Shown here piece after piece: positions 24,841 through 39,527 of a stretch of DNA of 64,000 nt. The stretch's first letter is position 1. Each line of letters begins with the position of its first letter. Where the stretch lies: assembly GCA_951406725.2 (NCBI GenBank), contig OX597824.1, forward strand, positions 23,622,001 through 23,686,000, given 5' to 3'. This DNA comes from Octopus vulgaris (Eukaryota). Both the position numbers and the translations under genes were made by a program. A model generated the notes under the pieces. The model had not been told where the DNA came from and did not search any database. It worked only from the letters and a program-made list of their open reading frames with translations.

Positions 24841-25429
24841 AAACACACGGAGTGTTCAAGGTTAACATGCCTTTTATCATAGATCTGCTCGATTAGAAGC
24901 TGACCTGAGCCCAAAAAACCAAACAACAACAATAGCAGCAACACATCTGTGTATGACCTCCATTAGAGCGAGCTGCTTCAGCGGTTTCGAATAAATGGAT
25001 ATTTGTATTTCCTGTAGCTGGCACCATCAGCTTGGGATAGGAGATTGTTTATACCGAACGTTACAAAGGCGGCACAAGTTTTTAGTACGGGAAACGCTTT
25101 ATGCACTGACGTCATCAAAGGGGGAACAAACGCACCTTCCCTTATGCTTTGTATTCAGAAACGAACGTGTGTGTGTTTGTGTGTGTGTGTGTGTGTGTGA
25201 GTGTGTATGGTTGTTTGCGGTCGAACCTCTGCGGGAATGTGTAATTGAGTGAGTGAGTATATGTGTGTGTGTTTTTGTGAGTGTGTGTGTATGTATATTT
25301 ATATATAAGAATACTCGCACACGCACACACACATATATGTATGTATATATATATATATGTATGTATGTATGTATGTATATGTATATATATATATATATAT
25401 ATACACACACATACATACATACATACATT

Positions 25430-25502
<73 letters not shown>

Positions 25503-25543
25503 TATCTCCTTTTACCTAGCAATTCCTCTATCATCTTCTCTTT

Positions 25544-25584
<41 letters not shown>

Positions 25585-25601
25585 TTGGTATGTATATATG
25601 T

Positions 25602-25643
<42 letters not shown>

Positions 25644-25925
25644 TTTCGTGTGTTCTGCGTCTCGTCATACACACACAGACACACACACACACACATACAC
25701 ACACACACACACACACACATACACACGCATACTTGTACTTTCTGTTATTGCATTATTTAAATTATATTCCAACTCGTTTTTATGATTGTGTGAATGCGTG
25801 TATGTATGTATGCATGTGTATGCACGCGTCTATGTATATACGTTGATGGACGTAGACACTATTTACAGTAATTTGTACTGGATCATACGGATATTTCACA
25901 CACATATATATGCCTGTGTATGTAA

Positions 25926-25978
<53 letters not shown>

Positions 25979-26003
25979 CACACACATATATATATATATA
26001 TAT

Positions 26004-26052
<49 letters not shown>

Positions 26053-26317
26053 CAGATAGATATAGATATAGATAATATACACATACATGTATATGCACTA
26101 CATACACACATGTATGTTTATGTATATGCCTGTATGGTTCTCCCCCCCCCCCGCGCGTGTGTTATTACAATGCCCGTGCGCGCGTGTTTGCGCGTGAGTA
26201 TGGGTGTGTGCGCGCGCACTTCACTTGCTTCCTCAGCATACAAAATGCCGCTGAAAATTCCTAGCGAAAATTCCTAGTTACCGACGGGAAGCCATTATAC
26301 GGAAATAACAAGTCACT

Positions 26318-26362
<45 letters not shown>

Positions 26363-26797
26363 CACACACACACGCATACAAACACACAGATACATGCATA
26401 CACACCTTCACGCACCTTTACTTACAATTATAGTGTAAACATTCTAACAGAAAATCAAATCTAGAGTCGCCATAATAAAATAATAGATATTAAATAACTG
26501 ATGCTTGTTTAAGCTTCGTGTTGTAACGGTATTCTTCAGCGAAAAATGACTGTATATATAGATGTATATCTTGGGTCTTCCGTCGGTCAAATTTGATCAT
26601 TCATAAACACACTTATACTCTTTTTACTCTTTTACTTGTTTCAGTCATTTGACTGTGGCCATGCTGGAGCACCGCCTTTGGTCGAGCAAATTGACCCCAG
26701 GACTTCTTCGCTATTTTTTCGGGGACGTAAACACACCAGCATCGGTTTTCAAGCTATGTTGGGGGGGGGGGACAACCACACACACACACACACATAA

Positions 26798-26851
<54 letters not shown>

Positions 26852-26856
<5 letters not shown>

Positions 26857-27062
26857 ATCCAAACATGAAAACACAAAGAGAAAACACAACAACGCGAGGA
26901 CGTGGAACACATATAGTATTATTGGACGCTCAGGAAAGAAGGAAATAAGGAGGGTTTAACGTTTCGAGCGGAGCTCTTCGTCGGAAACATAGGAGAAGGA
27001 AAGATCCTGAGAAGGGAAGACAGAGGAAAAAAAATCGCTAACGGTACACACGCGGTCACATT
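26852..27062 (-). mobile_element. Penelope pseudo-LTR, family related to 4610-4765
   Basis: Minus strand reads GAAGAGC...GCTCGAAACGTTAAA...TTCCTGAGCGTCCAATAATACTA. Confidence 0.75.
26954..26988 (-). ncRNA. Minimal hammerhead-like motif, CCGACGA core
   Basis: Stem I GTTT/AAAC; CCGACGA; GAGC-TCC-GCTC; GAA; ACGT; GUU. Stem I covaries with the 4631 copy (CTTT/AAAG). Confidence 0.7.
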
Positions 27063-27543
27063 TATACATATGCACGACGGGCTTCTTTCTGTTTCCGTCT
27101 ACCAAATCCACTCACGAGGCTTTGGTCGGCCCGAGGCTATAGTAGAAGACACTTGCCCAAGGTGCCACGCATTGGGACTGAACCCGGAACCATGTAGTTC
27201 GTAAGCAAGCTACTTACCACACAGCGACTCCTACAACTATAAGCCACTGGGCAACTATAAGCCACTCGGGCCAGCACTTTAATTTTCCACCCACCGCAAA
27301 AAGTGCAACAATTATTTTCTCTTCAAGTTATATAAACATATATTATATTCAGTTCAGTTCGACACAACCGGTTTTTGATGAGTGCGGTTTTCTCTGTATC
27401 CGGCCATGAGAAGACTTCTCTCATGTCGGTTAAAAATGTTCTGCGCCATGTTGTTTTCAGCTTTCCTCTCCTTGTTTTCCCTTTAGGCGGCGTTCATTTG
27501 AAAACTGTTTTAGAATGTTCAGACAGCCGTAATATGTAACTGT

Positions 27544-27587
<44 letters not shown>

Positions 27588-27633
27588 TTATATATATACA
27601 TGCGTATACAACAACAACAACAACAACAACAAC

Positions 27634-27670
<37 letters not shown>

Positions 27671-27759
27671 TGTAACACCAAAAGTATGAAACCGTGACAG
27701 TAGAGAAATAGAGGATTATTTAAATATGTTATAATTTAGAACAAACAATAAAAGATTAT

Positions 27760-27826
27760 CATTATAGTACTCGGAGTTTCGAATGTCGGAAGAAGAGCAA
27801 CGATACATTCTCATCGGTTATTAATG
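27760..27826 (-). ncRNA. Hammerhead-like motif, CCGAUGA core
   Basis: CCGATGA; stem II GAATGT/ACATTC; GAA; stem III ACTC-C-GAGT; GUA; stem I CATTAATAA/CTATAATG imperfect. Confidence 0.6.
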
Positions 27827-28064
27827 GCAACAGATGCTATGAAAAAAAAAGTTAAATAAAGGGAAAGCAACTCTGATAGATGGAAAAAGAAGAAAGATAA
27901 AAAATACATGCAACCATATTCTCTCAATACGTAGACATAAACCTCCTGCTTTCACAACGTCTACATATATACACACTGACACAAACATGTATACGCACAT
28001 ACGTACACACACACAAACATATATGTATGTACGTACTCATATATATATATATATATACATATGC

Positions 28065-28096
<32 letters not shown>

Positions 28097-28105
28097 ATAT
28101 ATATA

Positions 28106-28596
28106 CTAGCAGTATCGCCCGGCGTTGCTCGGGTTTGTAAGGGAAATAACTATATAAGCATTTTTAGTGAGTTATAGCAAAAAAATAGCAAAAAATGGAA
28201 TAAAAATGATGGTAATTTTTGTTTTAAATCGTTGACTCATCGTAGATATTTTTAGAGAGTTAATTCCCTTATATAATAGCGAAAAATGCATTAAAATGGA
28301 ATAAAAAATGATGGTAATTTTTTTTTTAATCGTTGACTCATCGTAGACATTTTTAGAGAGTTACTTCCCTTATATAATAGCGAAAAATGCATTAAAATGG
28401 AATAAAAAATGATGGTAAATTTTTTTTTAAAATCGTAGACTCATCGTAGACGCGCGCTAATACCCAGAAAGGCTCGATATGAATCACGACTATAAGATAC
28501 CCGGTTTTGGTTAAACTGCACCGCAAAATGTGGGAGTAGTTAGGAATCTAAATCGAAGGGGACAGACACTCACACAACTACAGTTTTATATATATA
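28106..28596 (-). mobile_element. Non-autonomous Helitron family B with internal duplications
   Basis: CTAG 3' end at 28106 with hairpin; homologous to 62637-62938; ~95-bp internal segment repeated. Confidence 0.88.
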
Positions 28597-29090
28597 CTAG
28601 CAGTATCGCCCGGCGATGCTCGGGTTTGTAAGGGAAATAACTATATAAGCATTTTTAGAGAGTTACTTCCCTTATAAATTCGGGCTTTCTTAGCCATTTT
28701 TGTTTTGGTGTCTTCAAGCCATGAAGTCGTTGTTCTAAAAGAACGCTGGTTTCCTTCACAACGCATTACGACGTTGATTTCTTTACACTCCCTTCCCCAC
28801 AGCTTCACGAGGGAGGGAAGGGGGAGAAGCAAACAGGTGCAACTGTGAGCGTGGACGCCAACTCCGCCGCCATCGACACACGATGCATTTTATGCATTAA
28901 AATGGAATAAAAAATGATGTTAAATTATTTTTAAAATCGTAGACTCATCGTTGACGCGCACTAATATTCAGACGGGCTCGATATGAATCACGACTATAAG
29001 ATACCCGAATTTGGTTAAACTGCACCGCAAAATGTGGGAGGAGTTAGGAATCTAAATCGAAGGGGACAGACACTCACACAACTAGAGTTT

Positions 29091-29100
<10 letters not shown>
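28597..29100 (-). mobile_element. Non-autonomous Helitron family B, long form
   Basis: CTAG 3' end at 28597; homologous to 57328-57841; head-to-tail with the previous copy. Confidence 0.88.
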
Positions 29101-29173
<73 letters not shown>

Positions 29174-29280
29174 GTAAATATATATTTATGTATATATATA
29201 AGTATTATTACGAAGTTGATTAACCTATTTTGAATACCTAACTGTGAGCAAACCGATACGCGTTTGGAGAAATCCCTACG

Positions 29281-29314
<34 letters not shown>

Positions 29315-29498
29315 TGTATGTATGTATGTATGTATGTATGTACATATCTAAGTCTGTATGTCTTTGGGTCTGTGTTTGTCCACCTGTCATCGCTTGCCGT
29401 TACTTAGCGATTCAGCAATAGATATCGACAGAATATCGATATGCTCGACTAAAAACCCTTGAAATGACTGAAACAAGTAAAAGAGTAACGGTATGTAC

Positions 29499-29556
<58 letters not shown>

Positions 29557-29789
29557 GTTGTATAGAATTAAGGATAAAATCACTATAATGAATTTCTCAA
29601 GCGGTGTGCATGCCCTTGCTTACACCCAACCTCAGTTTCTCGACCATGACTAGCCGCGAGACTAAGGCCTCTACTACGATTTTTAAGAAATGTGGTGGAA
29701 AACTAGCTCAAGAAGGCAGGGACGCTACTCCCTAATATCCCTTTCGGAGCCCCCTTACCTACCGAATATTCTTTCTAATTTTAGCAGGA

Positions 29790-29955
29790 GGCCAGCAATT
29801 TTGAGGGAAGGCGCAATACTAGTACATCGATCCCACCACTTCACTTTATCGAGCCAGAAAGGATAAAAGGTAAAGCCGACCTCGACAGGATTTGAACTCG
29901 AAGCGTAAAGAACTGGATGAAAGGCCGCTAAGTTTTCTGTCCGACGCGTTAACCA
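29790..29955 (-). mobile_element. SINE family B, diverged
   Basis: GAAAGGAT.AAAGG.AAAG.CGACCTCG...GATTTGAACTC. Confidence 0.65.
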
Positions 29956-30486
29956 CTCTACAAACTCACTGCCTTTTCAATGAATATAAAAGCCGCTTTT
30001 AAGGCATTAGTATATATGCATGCGCATGTGTGTGTGTATGAGCATGTGAGAGAGAGAGAGAGAGTGTGTGAGTGTGAGAGAAAGAGGGAGAGAGAGAGAA
30101 AGAGAAAGAGATGTGCACTAACGTTTTCTTTTTTTTTATATTCTAAGCGGAAGTAATCTTTCCTCCATTGGTGCATTTGTTGATATCGTCGTTGTTGTTG
30201 TTGTTGTTGTTGCTATGGTCGTTGTTGTTGTTTTTTCTATAGCCCGCGAGTCAGCCTTGAATGATCACGGCAATAATCTACGATAAAGGCTGTTCCAGTC
30301 ATGGCTATCCCTTAACATCTTTTATTCAGGCACATATTCAAAATATACTTACTATCTTTTTTTGCTTCTTTAAAATAACCGCGCGTGATTTCATGGCGTC
30401 TTTCGCTACTATTTCTTGAGGGACCAGCGACGATGTAGACACTCGTTTCGCTGGTCCCTTTGTATGTTTGCAGTTGTTGTTGTTGC

Positions 30487-30526
<40 letters not shown>

Positions 30527-30614
30527 ATCGACGTTTAACTGTCAGCCAGCTTTAATCGAGCATCTATTTCTATATGATCAAAGGATATTTAAACAATGAC
30601 CAAACAACTCCATT

Positions 30615-30666
<52 letters not shown>

Positions 30667-30782
30667 TATACATATATATACCAATATATTTCTATGTATG
30701 TAAACATAAATATACTTGCTTATACATACATACATATATATATACATATGTGTGTGTGTGTGTGTGTATGCATGTATATATA

Positions 30783-30830
<48 letters not shown>

Positions 30831-30859
30831 TATATATGTATGTACATCTATATGATATA

Positions 30860-30919
<60 letters not shown>

Positions 30920-31940
30920 ATATATATATATGATATATTTAATATATATATATGTATGTATGCACATATATATATATATATATATAAATATATATATATA
31001 TATTTACTTGTATATATATATATATATATATGTACATATATATGTATATATATATTCTGTTTGATTTGTTTCAGATACAAGTGTGTGTGTATGCGTGTAT
31101 ATATCATATGTGTATGTACATGTGTACACACATACGCACACACACATACACTGAAACATTATATAACTGAAATATTATATAACCATATATAAATTGCATT
31201 TTTCAATCGGCCTTCATTTTTCCTTTTAAATGTGAGATATGTATCATATTTTGCCTGTAATATCTAGCAACTAGAACGAGATCACAGTGGATTATTATTC
31301 ATTTATTTATTCATTTATTCCACCAACCCCCTCGCCACTTTATTTTTCATCAAAATGTGACAAGCCTGTTTTAATTATTAACGTTAAAATTTTTTCAAAA
31401 GCAAGGCCAACAAACATATTTTTCTGCACTTCAGTTGTCTGATTTTCAAGTGGCGGAAAAACTAAGGAAAAGAGAGAAGAACCACCACCAACACCACCAT
31501 CACCACCACCACCAACAACAACAACAATGCCTAAAACAATGACGAGAACAACAATAACAACAACAACAACAACAACAACGAGTCTGGACATTTTTCTAGG
31601 GACATTGGATCCATTCTCCGGCCTCACAAGACCGGAACGTCTGTTCCGTCGAGATAAACTTCGAATGACGTCATTCATGAAATACCAGCTCCCGGGCGCG
31701 AACGCTTGCTTCTGTTATCTTCAATGTCCCATTAAGAAACACAATCAGGTTATTGTTATTGTTGTTGTTGTTGTTGTTGTTATTGTTCTTGTTGTTATTG
31801 TTCTTGTTGTTGGCGCTGTTTTCTTTTTATTATCGTTTCTTCTATAACACCTATTTATGTTCTTTGTTCTTATTGTTTTTTTTTTCTTTTAGCTGGCGGC
31901 ATTTGTTTTCTTATTATTGTTATAACTACATTTGTTATTG

Positions 31941-31972
<32 letters not shown>

Positions 31973-32392
31973 GGTGGAGATGTCTATGCTCTTATTGCTG
32001 TTGTTGTTGCTGATACACTAATTATTGTTTAACCCCAGGTCATCCGCAATTGAGCAGACCTCAAACTTCAAAGGCATTCCAGCTCGCCATTTTGTATAAT
32101 ATCGTTTTATCTCAAACTCCTTTAAGTCATCGGACTGTGGTCATGCTGGAGCATTGCCTTGCAGCGTTTCAGCCGAACAAATCGACGCCAGTACTTATCT
32201 TGCATTTTATATAAGATCGCAACTCGTTCTATCGGCCTCTATTGCTGAACCGCTATGTTACGGGTGTAATCAAACCAACACCGGTTGTGGAACGTTAGTG
32301 GGGGAACAATTACAGACATAAACACACATCGATATAAATATATGCATATATGCATGTATGTATGTATGTATCTTTATATATGCATGTATACC

Positions 32393-32532
<140 letters not shown>

Positions 32533-32596
32533 TATAGATAGATAGAGATATATACATACATGTATGTGTGTGTGTCTATATATATACATATATACA

Positions 32597-32990
32597 TACT
32601 TAATTTATCGACCCCGAAAGGATGAAAGTCAAAGTCGACCTCGGCGCAATTTGAACTCAGAACTTAACGGCAGACGAAATACGGCTACGCATTTCGCCCG
32701 GCGTGCTAACGTTTCTGCCAGCTCGCCGCCTTGAATGGTAATGATTCTGCCAGCTTGCAGTCTTATAACCCTGTTCTAACATTGGTTTCAAATTATGGCA
32801 CAAAACCAGTAATTTGAGGAGAGGCGTTAAGTCAGTTATATCGACCGCAGTATTCAACTGGTGCTTATCTTATCGACCTCGAAATGATGAAAATCGAAAT
32901 CAACCACGGTGGAATTTGAACGTGAAGACGGACGAAACATCGCTAAGCAATTTGCCCGGCGAGGTTAACGTTTCTTCCAGCTCATCACCT
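32597..32990 (-). mobile_element. SINE family B copies
   Basis: Young head 32597-32731 plus an older copy to ~32990. Confidence 0.78.
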
Positions 32991-33000
32991 TATACTCTCT

Positions 33001-33407
33001 CTACTCTTTACTCTTTTACTTGTTTCAGTCATTTGACTGCCGCCATGCTGGAGCACCGCCTTTAGTCGAGCAAATCGACCCTGGGACTTATTCTTTGTAA
33101 GCCCAGTACTTATTCTATCGGTCTCTTTCGCCGAACCGCTAAGTGACGGGGACGTAAACACACCAGCATCGGTTGTCAAGCAATGCTAGGGGGACAAACA
33201 CAGACACAGAAACACACACATATATACATATATATACATATATACGACAGGCTTCTTTCAGTTTCCGTCTACCAAATCCAGTCACAAGGCATTGGTCGGC
33301 CCGGGGCTATAGCAGAAGACACTTGCCCAAGATGCCACGCAGTGGGACTGAACCCGAGACCATGTGGTCAATAAGCAAGCTACTTACCACACAGCCACTC
33401 CTGCGCC
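33001..33407 (-). mobile_element. SINE family A, full length with TSD
   Basis: TACTCTCTCTACTC at 32993-33006 and 33408-33421. Confidence 0.9.
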
Positions 33408-33429
33408 TACTCTCTCTACTCCTAATATT

Positions 33430-33890
33430 TATTTCAAATTTTAGCTCAGGGCTAGCTATTTCGGGTAAGGGAGTAAGTCGATTCCATTGACCCTAGTACT
33501 CAACTGGAATTTAATTTATCGACCCTGAAAAGGTGAAAGGCAAAGTCGACCTCACGAAATTAGAACTCAGTACATGAAGACGGACAAATTGCCGCTAAAC
33601 ATTTTATCCGGCGTGCTTAATGATTCTGCCAGCTCGCTAAATTATACTCTACCTCTAATACCATCGACCCTAATACTCAACTGGAACTTAATTTATCGAT
33701 CATGAAAGGGTGAAAAGCAAATTCGACCTCACGGAATTTGAAAACTCAGTACGTGAAGACGGACAAAATGCCGCTAAGCATTTTATCCGGCGTGCTTAAC
33801 GATTCTGCTACCTTATACGCTCCCTCCAATCGACCCTAATTCTCAACTGGAACTTAATTTATCGACCTCACGAAAGGCAAATCCGACCTT
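33430..33890 (-). mobile_element. SINE family B, tandem diverged copies
   Basis: GACCCTA.TACTCAACTGGAA.TTAATTTATCGA unit three times. Confidence 0.75.
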
Positions 33891-34314
33891 AAGCTTTACT
33901 CCAACTCAATAATCCTCGGGTTAACCTAAACCAGTTTCTTAACAAAAACCAAAAAAATATTGCTTCAATAGCTTCGAAACTGGAATCTTTTTATATATGT
34001 TTTAATTCATAATGAATTAATTATTTAACAAATTTATAAATTGGCTAAATTGTATAATTAGTAAATGCGCTAATTACTTAGCCGTAATAGCGTGTCTAGT
34101 CGTCTGAATCTTTAGATTCAGTTATATCATATTTCTAGTCAGAGCATTTGTCAATTGGTTTCTATTTGACTTTGTCTGGCTATTGTTCCTCATTACATAA
34201 ACATAATACAATAGTTTCATTTTAATTAAGTTAACATTATAAAATTAGAGAAAAATGCAGACTTAATTAAGTAACAATACGAAATAGAAAAAATACAGAC
34301 ATTTAATTATAACG

Positions 34315-35130
34315 TGGTGATCTGGCAGAGTTGTTAGCAACACCAGACAAAATATTTCGCAGCTTTTTGTTTCTGTTTTACGTTTTCTGTTTCAAATTTC
34401 GCCGCTGTTGACTTTGCCTTTCATTCCTTTCGGGGTCGAAAAATTTGTACTAGTTGAGCAATAGGGTCGATGTAATCGACTAGCCTTCTCCAAAATGTCA
34501 GGCCTTTTTATCTATATTAGAGAGAATTAATATTAAGGCTGCGAGCTGGCAGAAACGTTAGCACGCCGGGCGAAATGCGTAGCCGTATTTCGTCTGCCGC
34601 TACGTTCTGAGTTCAAATTCCGCCGACGTCGACTTTGCCTTTTATCCTTTCGGGGTCGATTAAATAAGTACCAGTTACGCACTGGCGTCGATATAATCGA
34701 CTTGATCCGTTTGTCTATCCTTGTTTGTCCTCTCTGCGTTTAGCCCCTTGTGGGTAGTAAAGAAATAGGTATTTCGTCTGCCGTTACGTTCTGTGTTCAA
34801 ATTCCGCCGAGGTCGACTTTACCTTTCATTCTTTCGGGGCCGATAAATTAAGTAACAGTTACGCACTGGGATCGATGTAATAGACTTAATCCGTTTGTCT
34901 GTCCTTGTTTGTCCCCTCTATGTTTAGCCCCTTGTGGGCAATAAAGAAATAAGAATCATTACCATATCGGGCAAAAATGCATGGCGGAATTTCGTCCGTC
35001 TTCACATTCTGAGTTCAAATTCCACTCAGGGTCAACTTTGCCATTCGTAATGTCGATATTCGCTAAAAAAAAGTACCAGCTGATCCATTGAATCAATGCA
35101 ATTTCCCCGAAATTACTGGCTTTGTACCAA
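34315..35130 (+). mobile_element. SINE family B cluster (dimer at 34537-34952)
   Basis: Repeated head and body motifs. Confidence 0.82.
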
Positions 35131-35563
35131 TAAGAGGAGAAGGGTCAAAGTTTAAAATCGCTAGTTAGCTTTAGCATCAGTTGAAGTATGGACTACTTTA
35201 CTTTTAGCGTACCCTAGTCAGATGTGACCCCGATGATGCTTTATAAATTTCTATTTCATATTATCTGTACCTAGCGCTTTTGTTATACATATACATGGAT
35301 ATTATTGGTATATTTGTAAACAACTCAGTTATGTATAAATATCAAAAATAAAACCTATTTCAATGACGAGGATAACTTCGATCAACTCGTCTCTAAGTTA
35401 TTGATCCATCTCGCTTCCACTGCGCCACTCGGTTGGACGATTGATTAAGCAAATACATAATGTATTTTTTCCGATATTGTTTGTTCCGGATTACATTATT
35501 TCTATTACATCATCCACCATTTGTTAGTTATTATATTATTATTATAATACAGAATGCGGCGAA

Positions 35564-36350
35564 GGCGGCGAGCTGGCAGAAATGTTAGCACGCCGGGCGA
35601 AATGCTTAGCGGTATTTCGTTCTGAGTTCAAATTCCGCCGAGGTCGACTTTGCCTTTCATCCTTTCGGGGTCGATAAATTAAGTACCAGTTACGCACTGG
35701 GGTCGATGTAATCGACTTAATCCGTTTGTCTGTCCTTGTTTGTCCCCTCTGTGTTTAGCCCCTTGTGGGTAATAAAGAAATAGAAATAGGTATTTCGTTC
35801 TGAGTTCAAATTCCGCCGAGGTCGACTTTGCCTTTCATCCTTTCGGGGTCGATAAATTAAGTACCAGTTACGCACTGGGGTCGATGTAATCGACTTAATT
35901 CCTTTGTCTGTCCTTGTTTGTCCCCTCTGTGTTTAGCCCCTTGTGGGTAGTAAAGAAATAGGTATTTCGTCTGCCGCTACGTTCCGAGTTCGAATTCCGC
36001 CGAGGTTGACTTTGCTTTTCAGCATTTTGGGGTCGATAAATAAAGTACTAGCTGCTTACTTGTGTCGATCTAATCGACTGGCCCCCTCCCCCAAAATTTC
36101 GGGCCTTGTGCCTTGAGTAGAAAAGAATATATTAAAGCGGCGAGCTGGCAGAATCGTTAGCACGTGGAACAAAATATTTATCGGCATTTCAGAGGTCTTT
36201 ACGCTCTGACCTCAAATTCCGCCGCGATCAACTTTGCTTTTCATCCTTTCCGGGTCGATAAATCAAGTACCAGTGAAACAGTTAGGTCGACGTAATCGAA
36301 TTGTCCCCTCCCCTAAATTTTTCAGGCCTTGTCCTTTAATAGAAAGGATT
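35564..36350 (+). mobile_element. SINE family B trimer plus an older copy
   Basis: One head then three bodies joined at GAAATAGGTATTTCG. Confidence 0.85.
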
Positions 36351-36693
36351 AGTATTATAATATATCTACTTGTATGCATTGAAGTCTGTCAAATGCACGA
36401 AATATAGTAACTACGCATTATATGCTGCGGCAATAGGATGTTAATTTACTTACTGAAAGACGGCATTTCACTCTGTCGATACATTGAGAGTCACATTTCA
36501 CAAATCACATGCGTTGTAAATTTTTCTAGCGTCTCTTCATTCGCCATTTTCAGATCAGCCTGAGGCAAATGAAGTCTATAAATGTTTCTTTAGCTCAACA
36601 AAGAAAATGAGCTTGGTAGTATATAATGTATATACATACATAGATACGTACATATACATATGTATATAAAAATATATGTATGTAATATATCTG

Positions 36694-36774
<81 letters not shown>

Positions 36775-36903
36775 ATACGAATGTATATATATATGTGTGT
36801 GTGCGTGTGTATATATATATATATATGTATATATATGCACATAAATGTGAAATAAAGTGGAAAAAATAGTTCTCAAATACCGGAGGTAGAGTAGTATGTT
36901 AAA

Positions 36904-36951
<48 letters not shown>

Positions 36952-36973
36952 TCAACACACACGCACGCACGCA

Positions 36974-37061
<88 letters not shown>

Positions 37062-37379
37062 CATATACTTTTGATAATAATTCTTTCTACTACAGGCACA
37101 AGCTCTGAAATTTGGGAAGGAAGGGGAGGTTAGTCGATAACATCGACCCCAGTGCACAACTGGTATTTATTATATCAAACCCCACAAAGGATAAAGGGCA
37201 AAGTTCACTTCGACAGAATATAAAATCAGGCATTAAAGATGGCTTTCTATTTTCCGGTGTTCTAACGGTTGCGATAAGTACAAGAATAAGGACAACTACC
37301 ATAACCACGTGACCTCAGATGTCTCATGTCACAAAACATCCTGCAAAACAACACATACCACATGATTGACATCAGACAG

Positions 37380-37456
<77 letters not shown>

Positions 37457-38540
37457 TGTATATATTTCAAGCGACCACCTGTTCTGCGCCAATGTTTAAC
37501 AGATGTGAAGTAAAAAAGGATGAAAAATAAAAATAAAAATGATAATAGAAATGAAAAAAAATGCAGATTCGTTGCTTCTGTCATTTTCTGTGCAACTAAT
37601 TCATATGCATCGCTGTTCTCTTGTTCTTCTGGTTATATTTTTAAAAATATCCCAGAAATGGATGAAGAACCGGTTTGCCAGTCCAGAAACAGCGCTATTT
37701 CAATGGAATTTAGACATTAAGCAAATAAACATGCATGTAAGATTATTTCCACGTCCTCGCATTGTTGTGTTTTCTCTTTGTTCATGTTTGGATTAACTAT
37801 ATATGTATACATAAATGTAAGTGTATTTTTCAATGTTTACAAATAACACGGAAAAAATAAATAAATAGTCACCAGGGTAGCAAAAATTCACACATGTACC
37901 AAGTTTGTAACAGCTTTCTTATAAAGGTAGAAATTCCAGGTTTTGGTGAAATGCTTTTGGTTGACATACATAAATAAATAAATTGAGTGAAACGCAGGTG
38001 GCATTCAAATCTTTTAAATTCCGACATATGTTTCGAAGAAAACATTGGTATTATTCCAGAAGAAATAAAATGATGTGAAACAATGCGATATTTTCATGGG
38101 GGAAAGAAAGAAACTAAGATGTGTTTGGCTTCTTTCTTTCCCTGATGAGAAGATTGCATTATTTCCAAGAAAGTTTATCTTAATCTTTTTTATGCGACTG
38201 TAATCAATAATATTTTTCTCTGCCATCGTTTTCTCTATCAATCTGTCTCTAATTCTCTTTTTATCTCCTGTCTCTTTTTTCTCTCCTGTCTCTTTCTCTC
38301 CTGTCTCTTTCTCCCCTGTCTCTTTCCATCTATCACTTTCTCCTCCTCTCTTCCCTGTGCTCTCTCTCATTGCTCTCACGTGACCATTTTCCATCTTTCT
38401 TTTCTTTCAGGACTGAGTGTATCTATGCATATATATATTATTTATATTATTATTTGATTGAACGCCACGCATCCATTTCCAAGTAAGTTTATCTTAATCT
38501 TAAATATATATATATGTGCGTGTGTGTATGTGTGTACATT

Positions 38541-38975
38541 GGCGCAGGAGTGTCTGTGTGCCAAGAAGCTTGCTTCCCAACCACATGGTTCCGGTTTCAG
38601 TTCCACTGAGTAGAACCTTGAGCAAGTGTCTTCTACTAAAACCTCGTCCGACCATAGACTTGTGTGGAGATTTGGTAGATGGAAACTGAAAGAAGCCCGT
38701 TCTATATATATATGCGCGCGTGCATGTGTGTCTTTGTGTCTGAGTTTGCCTTTACCACCACCACCACCACCACCACCACCACCACCACCACCACTACCAC
38801 CACTTGGTAAGCGGTGTTGTGTTTACATCCCCGTAACTTAGCGGTTAGGCCAAAGACACCGATTGAATAAGTTCAGGCTATGAAAAAAACGTACTGGTGC
38901 CAATTTGTTCGACCAAAACCTTTCTAAGTGATACTCCAACATGGCCGCAGTCATATGACTGAAGCAAGTAAAAAT
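38541..38975 (+). mobile_element. SINE family A, diverged
   Basis: GGCGCAGGAGTG head to AAGTAAAA tail. Confidence 0.78.
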
Positions 38976-39097
38976 AAGATATAATACATGCGTGTATGTA
39001 TGTATGTATGTATGTATGTATGTATGTATGTATGTATGTAGGTAGGTAGGTAGGTAGGTAGGTACGTAGGTAGGTAGGTAGGTAGGTAGGTAGGTAT

Positions 39098-39260
39098 GGC
39101 GCAGGAGTGGCTATGTGGTAAGTAGCTTGCTAACCAACCACATGGTTCCGGGTTCAGTCCCACTGCGTGGTATCTTGGGCAAGTGTCTTCTGCTATAGCC
39201 CCGGGCCGACCAATGCCTTGTGAGTGGATTTGGAAGACGGAAACTGAAAGAAGCCTGTCG

Positions 39261-39303
<43 letters not shown>

Positions 39304-39527
39304 TTGTGTTTGTGTGTCTGTGCTTGTCCCCCTAGCATTGGTTGACAACCGATGCTGGTGTGTTTACGTCCCCGTCACTTAGCGGTTTGACAAAAGAGAC
39401 CGATAGAATAAGTACTGGGCTTACAAACAACAAACCCTGGGGTCGATTTGCTCGACTAAAGGCGGTGCTCCAGCATGGCCGCAGTCAAAAGACTGAAACA
39501 AGTAGACGAGTAAAAGAGTAAAGAGAG
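39098..39527 (+). mobile_element. SINE family A, full length
   Basis: Complete head, body and tail. Confidence 0.9.

Larger units (their letters stand above)
26618..27232 (-). mobile_element. SINE family A with a pseudo-LTR inserted in its central microsatellite
   Basis: Tail at 26618, head at 27232; foreign segment 26852-27062. Confidence 0.82.

Noticed and set aside
30419-30459. 12-bp GC-rich hairpin followed by T residues
   Set aside because: Resembles a bacterial terminator but the context is eukaryotic; probably a local template-switch inversion.
31420-31760. Possible exon with His/Gln or Thr runs
   Set aside because: All three frames after the best acceptor hit stops; largely triplet repeats with no recognisable domain.
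37300-37380. Weak hammerhead-like words here and at 40305-40360 and 58960-58995
   Set aside because: Too many core and stem mismatches to distinguish from chance.
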